Below are positions 14,803 to 27,395 of a stretch of DNA of 64,000 nt, in pieces. Positions within the stretch are counted from its first letter, which is position 1. The number at the start of each line of letters is the position of its first letter. The translations under genes and the position numbers were made by a program. Location: positions 6,262,001 through 6,326,000 of the forward strand of contig CP158635.1 of the NCBI GenBank assembly GCA_050273025.1. The letters run 5' to 3'. The notes beneath the pieces were generated by a model, which saw nothing but the letters and a program-made list of their open reading frames with translations, did no database searches and was not told where the DNA came from. The stretch is from Cenococcum geophilum. Taxonomy: Eukaryota.

Positions 14803-15223
14803 TATTACGGACGCTTTAAGTACAATGTTATAACTACTTAGAGAGGAGTTAGAAGAAGCTAGTTAGTTAATTTAGGCACGGTCTAGAATAGAACCAGTTA
14901 AACTATATAATAAGGAATAGTAACTAAGGTTATATAATATGATCTATATAATCTGCACAATCTATAGGATTTATAATAGAGTAGATAGAGTACGCGTACC
15001 TTATATATAAAGGGGATTTCTTAGGAGTACGGTTGTGTATTTAAAGGACCATAGTCCATACCTAAATAGTTCTCTTCTTTATAGTAAATCTCAGAATATA
15101 ATTAGAGTTAATCTATTAGGCAACTACTCTACTAGTTGTTATTATATTATTAACTTCTTATTTACCTATATACCTAGCCTATTAATAAGTCTATTATAGT
15201 TCCTACTATAAGGCTTTGTTATA
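14803..15223 (+). repeat. 5' LTR, Gypsy copy A
   Basis: Matches 23077-23479; preceded by ACCTT. Confidence 0.9.
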
Positions 15224-16350
15224 TATTTACTACTAAGGTTATAATATTAATAAAGTCGAATAATATGCCATTAAAAGTATTAGCCATAACGCCGTTAACG
15301 GCAGCAACTATATTAAGATTAGGTAATAATACTAGTATAGTAGAAGATACTAACTCTTAGTTAGTTACTATTAGATAGCTATAGGAAATAGTTAACTAAT
15401 TAATGGATAATAATAAGATACTTAAAGAAAAGATTAGTGTAATCGGAGTAGCTAAGGTTAAGTTACCCTTAATTAAGCGATTCTTAGGAGAAAAGTTAGA
15501 GCTTAAGGGATTCCTTACGTAAATACACTTTAAGGTTATATAAGGAGTTAAACTAAGAACGCCTATAGATTAAGTCGCTTACGTAGGATTATTCTTAATA
15601 GGGAGGGCACTTAAGTAGTTTAAATCTTCCCTTATAGAAATGTAAGAATATAGTATAACGACCACTAACTAGGAGGTGCGATATATATTCTTAAGTTAGA
15701 ACGGGTTTATAGAATAATTAACGTAAATATTTAGAGACCCTAAGGCAACTACTATAGTAGAAAGAAAGCTTTAAAACCTAGTATAGAGAACTTTAGTAAT
15801 TAAGTATACGACGTAGTTTTAAATATTGGTAATATAGGTTAAATAAAACAATAAGGCGCTTATGGTATAGTATAAATAGGGACTTAAGGTAAAAGTCTAA
15901 GACGTAATTATCCTAATAGAAGATACGGATACTCTTAGGAATTTAATTAACTAAGTAATTAAGATTAATAATAGGATCTACTAAAGAGAGTAGACTAAGA
16001 AGGGTTAGGATAGAGTTCTATAGTTATATAAGGCGTAAAATACGTAATAATAAAGTTAAAGTTAAAAACTATGGTATAGCGCAGAGCTAATAAACCTAAG
16101 TAGTACTAAAGAATTTAAGAAATAGAATAAATAATTATGGAAACCTAAAGAATAAGGATTAAGTAATTAAAGGTTTAAGGGTTAGAGGCTAAACTAGGGA
16201 TTTTAGTAACAAAAGACGTTTAGGCGGACTCTATAATAGGAAAAATGGTTTAAAAAAGAAGCTTATATAAATTGCGGAAAATAAGGTTATTACGTTAAAG
16301 ACTATAAAAGTGGTTAGAATTACTATGTAGTAAAAGGAATAAAACTAGTA

Positions 16351-16765
16351 ACGTAGTCGGCGGGCTAGTGGCCCACGCGGGCTAGTGGCCCACCTCAGAA
16401 CCCAACCAAAAATTAGATAATTCATACCTTAATATCTTAACAACCACTTAATAATAATTTCTAATAATTTATATTTTGACCTTTATATACACTTTACAGC
16501 TTCTATTAAAGTTATATAGTAAATAGTTTAGTAGTTTTTAAGATATAGTAATTTAGCCTTATTTTAGCCCCTAAAATTTAATATATTAAAAACTACTAAA
16601 CTAATTACTATGCAACTTTAATAGAAGCTGTAAAGTGTATATAAAAGTCCAAATCCAAATTATTAGAATTTATTATTAAGTGGTTGTTAAGATATTAAGG
16701 TATAAATTTGGTGGGTTTTGAGGTGGGCCACTAGCCCGCGTGGGCCACTAGCCCGCTGACTACGT
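16351..16765. mobile_element. MITE of the Tc1/mariner-pogo type, 415 bp
   Basis: TIRs ACGTAGTC(G/A)GCGGGCTAGTGGCCCACGCGGGCTAGTGGCCCACCTC, TA on both sides, near-palindromic interior. The site is empty in Gypsy copy B near 41520. Confidence 0.92.
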
Positions 16766-18424
16766 TAGATAATATATATGTATAAAGGGATAACAATATA
16801 CTGCGAAGAATAAAAGAGTGTTTAATTAAAAGTTTTGCGTTTTGTTATAATAATGTATACCAAATTTATAAAGACGCTAAGTATAGCGTAAGCTATTAGC
16901 TATAAAAGCTAAAACCTATAGAATATAGAGGAACTAATAAACTAGTTCGCAGATTGGATATTAAGGACGATATGTTTAATATAGGCAAAACATTTTATAA
17001 CAATAAGGCAATAAAGGTAGCTTACTAAGAGTATATAAACCTTAGAGATGTTATATAAGAGGTAGAGGATAATTCTACTACGGAATAGGGAATATTAGTA
17101 GGGATTAAAACCCTACTAGATATAATGTCTATTGCTTTATAAGACGTAAGAGAAACAGGATAGTAAACTACTTCGGCACTTAATAAAGGCAAAAGGCTAA
17201 AGGCTTAAGATTCTTAAGAAGAGATATAAGATAACTAAAATCCTTAAGATAAGATGAGGTAAGCTTAAGGACCTATAACGAACAATAACCAATAGAGTAG
17301 AGTAACGGCTTAGTTTAGTAATATACGGATAAGCTTAGGACGAAGTTTCCTAAAGATATAAGACTCTTAAGACAAGATAAGTAAGATTTAAGACTTTTAA
17401 AATAAGATAAGAACATTAGTAAAGCCTAGTTAAACTAAGACTAGAGCTAAGCTTAAGATAGAAGCAAGCTTAGGATTAAGAATCCTATAGGATTAAGATT
17501 TCTAGACATAAATAAGGACTACTAAAGAAATTGCGAGTAAGGCTCAGCAACTTAATTAGAAAGTTAATACTAAGATTAAGAAGTAAGAAAATTTTAAGGA
17601 TTTAAGCGTAAGACGTAAACTAAAAGAAACTATAGAAGAATTTAGATAAAGAATTATTGCGTAGTAAGAACAGAAACTAGATAAGAGATTTAGTATACTA
17701 GGACATATAAGGGACAGAGCACTAATATAAAGAATTACTAATAGGCATAGGGTAGGTATACTAAGAGCTATATAGCTTACTAAACTAGAAAATAAAGAGG
17801 ATTTAGGGATCCCTATTAGGTTTAAAGAACGATATATAAAGGGCTATTATAATATAATAATAAGAAGATACTTCCTTACGGATAAGCCGTATATACTTTA
17901 GCAGCTATACTAAAAGTAGTATAGGCAACGATATAATAACGAATAGGAAGATTTCTATATATAGTTAGATAAACAAGTTATTTAGGACCACCTAATTATA
18001 GAGAAGGCTATAACTTATATTAAAGGATTTAGAGGACTAAAGAAGTAAAAGATGTATCTTAGTACCTATAAACGAAGTTATAACGTTTAGATTAATATAG
18101 TAAAGGTTTAAACTTAAAAATAAAAACGAGTTAAGAGTTAACCTAAAGTACCTAGTATACTATACGCTATTATAGATTATATACATAGATAATATATATA
18201 AAATATACAAAAATCTAAAAGAAAATAATTGGAAATATCCTATAAGGATATATTAGGCGCTAGATAAGCAATAGTATAAAAATACTAAGTATATATACGG
18301 CTAGCATTTAATAGAAGTTTAAGGGTTAGGAGACTTAATACTTTAACTAAAAAGATTTCTTATAAAAGAATGCCTAGATAGATAATAGTAGTGGGAATGC
18401 CTAGAGAATATATATCTATAGTAT

Positions 18425-18867
18425 TGTAAGAGTATATATATTAGGTCCCGCCGCGCTTACAATAAGTTCGCAAGCACTCTTAGTCTTTTTAGCCGTATAG
18501 CGACATGGAGGCGGGCCACGTTACAATTGTGCTTGCGAACTTACTGGGGCCAGGTATTATAGGTTCAATCCCCATCGGTTACTTTGCTTTAGTATAGTCT
18601 AATACGCATCTATACAATAAGGCGTTAGTGAAGATTCTAATCGCTTATGTTACTGGGGACTAACTAATATAGTGATACTCTTGGCGTTTAATCCCTATGG
18701 CGCGAACGGGCGTATAGAGGAATCTCTGTAAGCGCTCAAGGACGAGCGCGTAGAGGAGAGGGCAATTGTAAGAGTATATATATTAGGTCCCGCCGCGCTT
18801 ACAACAAGTTCGCAAGCACTCTTAGTCTTTTTGGCCGTATGGCGACGTGGAGGCGGGCCACGTTACA
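18425..18867 (+). mobile_element. TRIM (non-autonomous miniature LTR element), 443 bp
   Basis: 101-bp LTRs TGTAAG...GTTACA at 18425-18525 and 18767-18867, TSD AGTAT, PPT AGAGGAGAGGG before the 3' LTR, no coding capacity. The site is empty in Gypsy copy B near 39735. Confidence 0.93.
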
Positions 18868-21800
18868 AGTATATTAAAGATAAAAAGCGAACTAAGTATT
18901 AGTTAAAGAATAAACTAAGTATAATAGGATTAAGCAGCTAATAATTGGGAAAAGTGGAGGCCTATAGGATTAGAGGGAGCTAGTAGTAGAGCCTTAGACC
19001 CTTAAAGGAATTTAAGGACAATACCTAAATTTATAAGTTAAATAGTAAGATTAGCAGTTTAAAGCACTAATAGATAGTAGAGTAATGCGGAACTATATCT
19101 TACTAGTAGTAGTTAAGAGAATAGGATTATCTTATAGATAAAAGGAATAATTTTACCTATTAGTTATAATTTCAGGAGATCTAATAGCCTATAGAGAAGG
19201 GATTATTAATCTTAAAATAAAACCTATTTAGATAACCATTAAAGGAAGATAAATTAAGATATCTTTTAATATCCTACTATTAGGACAGGATAAGGCAGTA
19301 TTAGGTATGCCTTAGTTATAGGAATATAACCTAAGGATTAATTAGATTACAGGATAGGTTAATATTAGAGATACTTAATAACGTAAAATGCAATAGTAAA
19401 CTAAGTTAGTATAGTACTAAGTCAGAGCAATATATAAAGAGACTAAGTAAAGCTTAAGTTACGTACTAAAGAGATACTATAAGTATGGTAAGAAACTATA
19501 GAGTCTAAAGAGTAAAAAGCTAGTAGATTATATAGTATAGGACTATAAAATAGAGTTAGAACTAGAAATAAGTCTAAGATTCTTTCTAACCTATAAGCTT
19601 ACTTAAGAGGAGGCGAGCGTACTTAAAGAGTTTATTTAGGAAAACTTATAAAAGTGATATATTAGACTATTATAGTTATTAGTAGGTTATCTAGTACTAT
19701 TTATACTAAAGAAAAACAGGAAACTTAGGCTATACATTAACTATAAATAGTTAAATAGCATTACTCGGAAGGATAGGTATTTTTTACCCTTAATTAGCGA
19801 AATCTAAGATTAGATAAGTAATATGTAAATCTTTACAAAGATAGATCTAAGATAGGCATACCATTAGATTAGAATTAAGGAAGGCAATAAATAAAAGGCA
19901 GCCTTTAGATTAAGAGAAGGACTATACAAACTATTAGTTATATAATTTAGGTTAATAAACGCACTAGTAACATTTTAGAAATAAATTAATAGTATATTAG
20001 GAGAACACCTTAATGAGTTTATTATAGCATACCTTAACAATATTATTATTTATTTAATAACTAAGGAAGAATATAGGGAATATATTAAATAGGTTTTAAA
20101 GAGACTATAAGAAGAATAGATACTAGTAGCAATTAAGAAATATAAGTTCTTTATAAGGAAGACTAATTTTATTAGATTTATTATTAAACTAGGTTATATT
20201 AGTATAGACCTAAAGAAGATTAAAGCTATAGTAAGTTAGTAAGAACTAGAGAATGTAACACAGTTAAGGTTATTTTTAGGGTTTTGCAACTACTACCGAA
20301 GGTTTATAGTATAATAGTTAAAGAATATTAAACCGTTTACTAGGCTTATAAAGAAAGAGGAACTATAGGCATAGGGAGAGGAATAGAAGAAGTTATTTAA
20401 GGAACTTAAGGAGTTATTTACCTAGGAGCTAATCCTTAAAATTTATTAACTAGAACTAGACACGGTTATGGAAATAGATATATTAGACTATATATTAGGA
20501 GTATACTTACTATAGAGGTATAAGGATATATAGCATCCGGTATTATATTATAGTAGAAAGATTATACTACTAGAGTTAAACTATGACGTCTATAATAAGG
20601 AGTTATTAGGTATAGTTATAGTACTTAAGGAATAGAGAGCATTCTTATAAGGCATAGAAAAGCTATTTATAGTTAAGATAGATTATAAAAACCTAACGGG
20701 GTTTCTAATAACGAAAGAACTTAATTAAAGGTAAGTTAGATAGGTAGAAATACTTACAGAATACCATTTTAAGATTTAGTATACTAAGGGAACTAAAAAT
20801 ATAAGAGTAGACGTACTTAGCAGAAAAGCTAAACTATAGAATAATAAGAAACTATTAGGAGTAATACTACGTAAAGATAAGGATAGATGGATTAGATATA
20901 ACTACCCTAAACTAGTAGTAACTTAAGAGGATAACGAACTAGATAGAGTCTATAAGACACTAGAAAGCTTTTAGGTATAAAAAATTCTAAAAGCATAGCT
21001 AAAAGATCTATAGATAGATATATATGAAAATTAAGAAGTAAAGTATATCCTAAAGAGTATAGCAGAGTATTTTGTAGAAGATTTCTATAAGGGAATAACT
21101 TAAGGGCATAATAGAGCAATAGGCTTAGTATTAAGACTATAAGAAGAGTATATTATTAACGGGATCTAGAATATTATAAGAAAAGTAATAAAGGAATATC
21201 TAGATTACTAAAGAAATAAATTAATAAGGTATAAGCTATACGGAGGGCTATAACCTATTAAAATACTAAAGAGACTATAGGAGGTTATATTATGGGACTT
21301 TATTATTAAGTTACTAAAGTTAAAAAATCCTATTACCGGATAAGATTATAATATAATCTTAGTAATAGTAGATAAGTTAACTAAATAGGGCTACTTTCTA
21401 GTATGCATAGAAGAAATCTTAGTGGAAGATATCGCTAAAATTTATATTAGAGAAGTATTTATAAGACACAGAGTACTAAGTAAGATTATATTAGATAGAG
21501 ATCTAAGATTTATAGTAGTATTTTAGGAGGTATTCTTAGCGGAGTAAGGAGTTAAAGTAGTGACTTTTACTATATATTATCCGCAGACAGACGGTTAAAT
21601 AAAAAGATTAAATTAGACACTAGAACAGTATTTAAGATATTATATTAATTACATATAAAATAATTAGGTATTACTATTACTAGTTATATAGTTTATATAT
21701 AATATAATACTATAGGAAGGAATAAGCACATTACTATTTAAGGTAAATTATGGATATAAGCTAAGAATATTATTGTTACTATAGTAAGTAAAGAAAATAA

Positions 21801-23076
21801 GTAGTATAGCTAAAGAAAGAATAAAGATGCTAATAAATCTTTATGCAGACCTTATGGAATTAGTAAAGAAAGTATAAAATAAAATAAAAAAGTACTATAA
21901 TATTAAGAGATCTAAGGGACTAGATCTTAAGGAGGGAGATAAAATATAGCTACTATATAAAAATTTTAAGAGTTAATAACTAAGTAAGAAGTTAGACTAT
22001 GTTAGACTAGGACCTTTTAAAATTATATAAAGGATTTTACTAGTTACGTTTAAGTTAAACCTATTAGCTAAGATAAAGATCTACCCTATATAGTATATTG
22101 TAATGCTAGAACTAGTATATAGAAATGTTAAGCTACTGGTCTATAAGGCAGACACGTATAAAGGGTAAGAAGAAGATAAATAGTAAGTTTTAAAGATTAT
22201 TAGTTATAAGGATATAGATAATAAAATATAGTATAAGGTTAAGTAGATAGGCTATAATAAGACTACCTAAGAGCTACTAGAGAATCTAAAGAATATTATA
22301 GAAAAGGTACAGGAGTATCGGAAGAGATTAGGTTAGATAGCATTAATAAAAAAGAATTACTAAAAAATAAACCACCTAAGGGGGACCTAAGAAGAGCAGT
22401 TGCTAAACTACTTAGATCTATTTCCTTCTCGGCTAAAAGAGAATCTATTTTTTTATCGCTAAGTTCCTATAAACCTTATTTTATAAGTTTCTACTCCTTA
22501 GAATAAACCTTTTTATAAACCTTCTTAAGATGGATTAGTTAAGTAAACACCGCGAGATAAGAGTTAAGAGCCTATTATTAAGTATTAGCGGCTTCGCGTT
22601 TAGTATTATAGGAGTAATATAATTCCGCTAGAGTAATAGATAGTTTATTATCTAGCTGCGTAGCAGTAGATTAAATATAAGACCCTAAGATAAGTTAGTT
22701 AAGAAACTAGACGGCTATTAAGAGTAATAGGTTATATATATTTAGTATTAGAAATAGAGAGAACGTTATAGAATAAATAAATATTTACTTTAGTGCACTC
22801 TAAATAAGAGGACGGTTATCGCGAGGATAAACTTACTAATGTAATATATACTAACCCCTCTTTTATATAACAAGAATATAGAGATAGTATAATCTTACTA
22901 AGAGATAATATTATAGTAATAGTACGAGTATAACGAACGGTTAAAGAAAGAGAAGAAGCTTTAGGTATAATAAGTAATAATATTAACCAAATTAATTAGA
23001 TAGATATTACACCTCTAGTAAATAACTTAAAGATATTTAGAATCTTTAAGGATTAAGATAAAAAGGAGGGAGATAG

Positions 23077-23479
23077 TGTTACAGACGCTTTAAGTATAAT
23101 ATTTTAACTACTTAAAGAGGAGTTAAAAGAAGATAGTTGGTTAATTTAAGTATAGTTTAAGATAGAACTAGTAGAACTATATAATAAGAAATAGTAACTA
23201 AGGTTATATAATATAATCTATAGGATCTATAATAGAGTAGATAGAGTATACGTACCTTATGTATAAAGGGGATTTCTTAAGAGTATAGTTGTGTATTTAA
23301 AGGACCATAGTCCCTATTTAAATAGTTCTCTCCTTTATAGTAAATCTTAGAATATAATTAGAGTTAATCTATTAGGCAATTACTCCACTAGTTATTATTA
23401 TGTTATTGACTTCTTATTTACCTATATACCTAGCCTATTAATAAGTTTACTATAGTTCCTACTACAAGGCTTTATTACA
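23077..23479 (+). repeat. 3' LTR, Gypsy copy A
   Basis: TGTTACAGACG...TTATTACA followed by TSD ACCTT. Confidence 0.9.
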
Positions 23480-23566
23480 ACCTTAGTATACTTATATTAA
23501 TTAGGGGTATTTTCCTTTAAAATAAATTTAACTAGCTAAGGCTAAATATTATCTTTATAATAAATA

Positions 23567-25415
23567 ACGTATTCCACCATTGAGCCGGCAGAACCATTAA
23601 GCCGGCAGATATTTCTTGGCATCGTAAACACCATATATAAAAAGTCACTTTACTTGTAACTATCTATAGAAGCTATATACGACGTATTTATATCGGATTC
23701 TATATCTTCTTCTTTATCTTTTTAGCACGTACGAGCGTTATGCCTAGTCTCTCCACAGTTCCTACAGCGCCGTTAAGCTAGTGGGGCTCTTTCTTAGTTA
23801 CTACTACTACGAGCCTTCTTAGACGACTGAGACGCTGCCTGCACTTCAGAAGCTACGTACGATACCCCTATACCATACTCTATAATCCCGCCAGTCTAAA
23901 TTCGCTTTCTTTTACGTGCCTTACGCTTAGTTATCTCTACTAATTACTCTTCAAGCTCTCGTACGCGGGCCTCCATAAGTACATTTTTATGTAGTATTTC
24001 TTCGGCTCCTTTAATAAGCTTTAAGAAGCCTTCCTGGGCTACTATTAGTAATCGTACAAAGGAATCGCTTATAAGCTTTAATTGCGATCCAAATTCATAC
24101 GTATTACTTGGGGTCTTTAATTTCTATAGTGTTTCTAGTAGGGGTACTAGTAGTAGGGTACGTAATTGTACGTCAAGACAATTAAGGACAACCTGCGCGT
24201 CAATAGAAACTAGTCTAGATGCCTTAAAGGCCTTTTAACAGTTCTCTTTCCAAAATACATTAAAACACGCGTGTTTAAAGGCTGGAAGGAAGCCTTCTTT
24301 ATTAATATAGTAGACGCGTTTACGTACTAAGTCTTATACGCGCTACAAGTACTTTTGCTTTAACGGCGAAAAGCATACTATATTAAGTGGCTGGAGTATA
24401 TATAATAAATATGCAGGCATATAGAGTATAAGGATCTTTTATATAAGGCAGTAATCCTTAAAATCTTAGTTAAGGTGGCTCTTATAGCCATCTAAAATAA
24501 GCAGCCTATATAACCCTACCTAACGCGTCTTTATATGCTTATTAAAGTGCTTTAACCACTTAAGACTAAGCGCGTTATTTGTCTATCTATTTTTAGAAAC
24601 TAAGAGCTTCTAATTATATGGTATATCTGCCTCCTTATACCATATAGAGATATAGACGCGTCCTTTATAGATAATAAATGGTAGGGTCGCGTACCCAGTA
24701 GCGTAGATACTCTAAATAACTGTAACCTACTTCTAATCGCCTGGCTATACAAGACTAGGCCTTATACGTCTCTTTAAGCCTGTAACAACCTTTATAGAGC
24801 TAATTATACCTATTTAAAAGCCTATCTTATTAAAGTTATGGATATCGTCGTTATAAACGCCGTACTTTGCCTTTATATCTTATACGAGCCTAAACCACGC
24901 GTTAATAATCTCTAGATCTTCCTAGAGTATTCTCTAGCGGTCCTTTACTTAAGTAAATGCTATCTTAAGCTCCTCTATACGAGACACAAATCGGTTAGAC
25001 CAGTTCTTACCTACTAGTGTCCCACTACGCGTAGTTAACAGTTTATCTGCTATATCTGCCACCTCACATAGCTAGGGTAGAAATCCTCGCGAATTGAGGT
25101 TAAGGATATATCGTACAATCGTCTGCTCTTTAGTCGTAATAAGCTTCTGGCAATTAGGGCGTATTTTAGGTTAAAACGTAATTCCATAAAGCCGATTATA
25201 GAGTCGCTAATGTTATACATTAAAAGCCGCTGCAGCGCGTAGTATACTCCGAAATTGGCCTAAGGTATAGGCCTAAAGTGCTAGATTAATCCTGCCTTCT
25301 TGCTAAGATAGATTAGTATTATTTTGTTAATGCATTGCCTTTTATATATAATGTTAGTTATACTAAGAAATATCTGCCGGCTCGATAGTTCTGCCGGCTC
25401 GATAGTGGAATACGT
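23567..25415 (-). mobile_element. Full-length pogo/Fot1-like DNA transposon (1849 bp), RIP-inactivated
   Basis: TIRs ACGTATTCCAC(C/T)AT(T/C)GAGCCGGCAGAAC... at both ends, TA TSD. Transposase from ATG at 25335 (EGRINLAL*A), RIPed HNFDETGF near 24830, SH..QPLDV-like motif near 24385, C-terminal CxxC..HxxxxC knuckle near 23725-23770. Confidence 0.93.
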
Positions 25416-27303
25416 TACCTATTTATAATTATTAAACAACTTTATAGGATTTTTTTAAAAAAGATATCTCTTATTGTAATTAAATTTGTCTATATTTTAG
25501 GTATTTTTTACCTATATATTATCCTTTTTTCTTATACCCTTTTATAAAAGCTATAAAACTTTTAAATTTATTATAGTTATACCCTATTAATTTATATACC
25601 TTCTATTAATTAGGTATATATAATTTTTATATAAAGATTTTATTTAGAGTAGCTAATTACCTATATTTTACTAAGGGGCTTAGTATTACTACTTTAATAA
25701 GAGACTTAAGCTATTTTTTTTATAATTACGTATATAATAGGGAAATTTTTTATAAATCTTATTTAAGAACCTAATTGGCAAGGAAGGCCTACTATATAGA
25801 AGTTAATTGCTACTTATACCGGCGTATAAATTGTTTTAGTAGTCTGCTATTTAATTATCGCTTAAAATCGCCAAAGGGACACTATATACAAGTACTGCTT
25901 TTCATATAGACTTATAAACATCATATTTAGAATCTATAATAGTTATTTATAAGTTCTACTTATTTTGGTCTATATTAATTAATTCGTTATAGAGAAAATA
26001 GGTTAATAAGTCGGTGGTTTAATTTTAGTTGGGTGGCCGAGTTTAGGGGCTAACCAAGTTCTAGGGGTCCGAGCTTAATAGTTACTTTATATAGCTTTAT
26101 CTAGGGTTATCTAAGAATTACTAAGTAACTTAGGGTAGTAATAAAAAACCTAATTAGTTCTTTATAGTTTAGGGATTAAAGTCTTAAGTATACTATATAG
26201 GTAATACGGCTTAAAATAGTATATTTACTATTAAATCTAAATACGTTAATATACTAGCTAAATGGGGTTAGAGTAAAACTATTATCTTATATAAAGATTT
26301 TATTAATAAATCCTATACTACTAGCTCCTATATTAATTTTAACTTAAGTATTAGCTAGCTAACTATTTTACGAAAGACGGTAGTTAATAGTTATACTATA
26401 ATCCTAAGAGTTAGAGTTTATAATATCTAATACGTTTAGCGAGATCTTAAGGTAGAGCCGTTCTAAAGAATGGCTTAGCTCTAAAACCTTCCTTTTAGAG
26501 GTAATTAGGTGGAGTTCTTATAGTATATTAGTTATAGCTTCGTCCTTATAAGTAGTGCTTATTAGATACTAGATTGAAACTAGGTAATAATTAGGGTTAA
26601 TAGCCAGGGCTTAGTTAGGGAGATCGGCTGCTTATACTAGTTATCTATATCCTTTATATAGATAAACACGCCCTATAAAATAGGGCCCGTACGTACTAAT
26701 TAATAAGGTGTATATATAGGCAGTAAGTCGTTCTACCGTATTACTAAAGGTCTTAAATAAAGTTATAAATATATCGAATTTTTGGTATATATTGTATATA
26801 GGGCCCTTATTTTTTAGAGTTAAGTTAATTTACATGCTCCTACTAATAGGGGCCCTTCTCATATAGTGGTATTTAATAAAGTCTATACCTATACGTCGTT
26901 CTTGGCGACTTTTAAGGCCTCTTAAAGTTTTTACTGTCTCGTAATCTCTTTATTATATTAACTAAAAGCTCGCATAGAGGCTTCCTTTTTAAAAGCTTCT
27001 TAATATAGCCTTTTCTTTCTACTGCTAAGTATATAGAGTAGGTCTTCTGCGTCTTATTAATCCTAACTAACTTATATCCATAATATACTATAGGCCGCCA
27101 CTATATATCGTCTATAGAAAGCTAAATGTAATCGCTTTAAGGTAAATAGATAGAGAGTTTAAATAGAGAGTTAATAAGGCGTTTAAGAAACTTCTTATAG
27201 CCACTGCGTTTTGGCCAGCCGTTAGTAAAGTAGGAAGGTAGCTTATAGTAGTTAGTAACGGTTATATTGTAGGAGGGTACGACCTCTCTAAGATGGGAAA
27301 GTC

Positions 27304-27395
27304 ACAGTGCTGTCTGTCTATCTGTCTGTCGGTCAGTTAGTTAGTCAGTTAGTTGGTTAGTCGGTTAGTCGGTTAGTTAGTTATAATTAGTTAGT
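27304..27395. repeat. Degenerate tetranucleotide tandem repeat (GTCT/GTCA/GTTA)n
   Basis: Directly visible in the sequence. Confidence 0.8.

Larger units (their letters stand above)
14803..23479 (+). mobile_element. Ty3/Gypsy chromovirus LTR retrotransposon, copy A, RIP-inactivated, with two nested insertions
   Basis: LTRs at 14803-15223 and 23077-23479, TSD ACCTT, PPT AAAAGGAGGGAGATAG before the 3' LTR. Gag zinc knuckle near 16260, protease ALIDS near 19065, RT YLNNIII (YLDD) near 20030, RNase H, integrase, chromodomain near 22165-22290. Confidence 0.95.
14650..26082 (-). mobile_element. Older pogo/Fot1-like transposon split into three pieces (26082-25416, 23564-23485, 14797 to about 14650) by later insertions
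   Basis: TIR-like end with tandem sub-repeats at about 26030-26082 next to TA. HTH-like start near 25970, NT*NIDKF (NTWNMD-type motif) near 25480-25510, IFKGKYP near 23505-23530, SLKG*LN (SPKGWSN-like) near 14760. Confidence 0.6.

Noticed and set aside
18501..18545. C(A/G)TGG-loop-CCACGTTACAA at the TRIM LTR end resembles the P1 stem of pistol ribozymes
   Set aside because: There is no downstream pseudoknot partner for the loop and no conserved pistol core; a simple U5 hairpin explains it.
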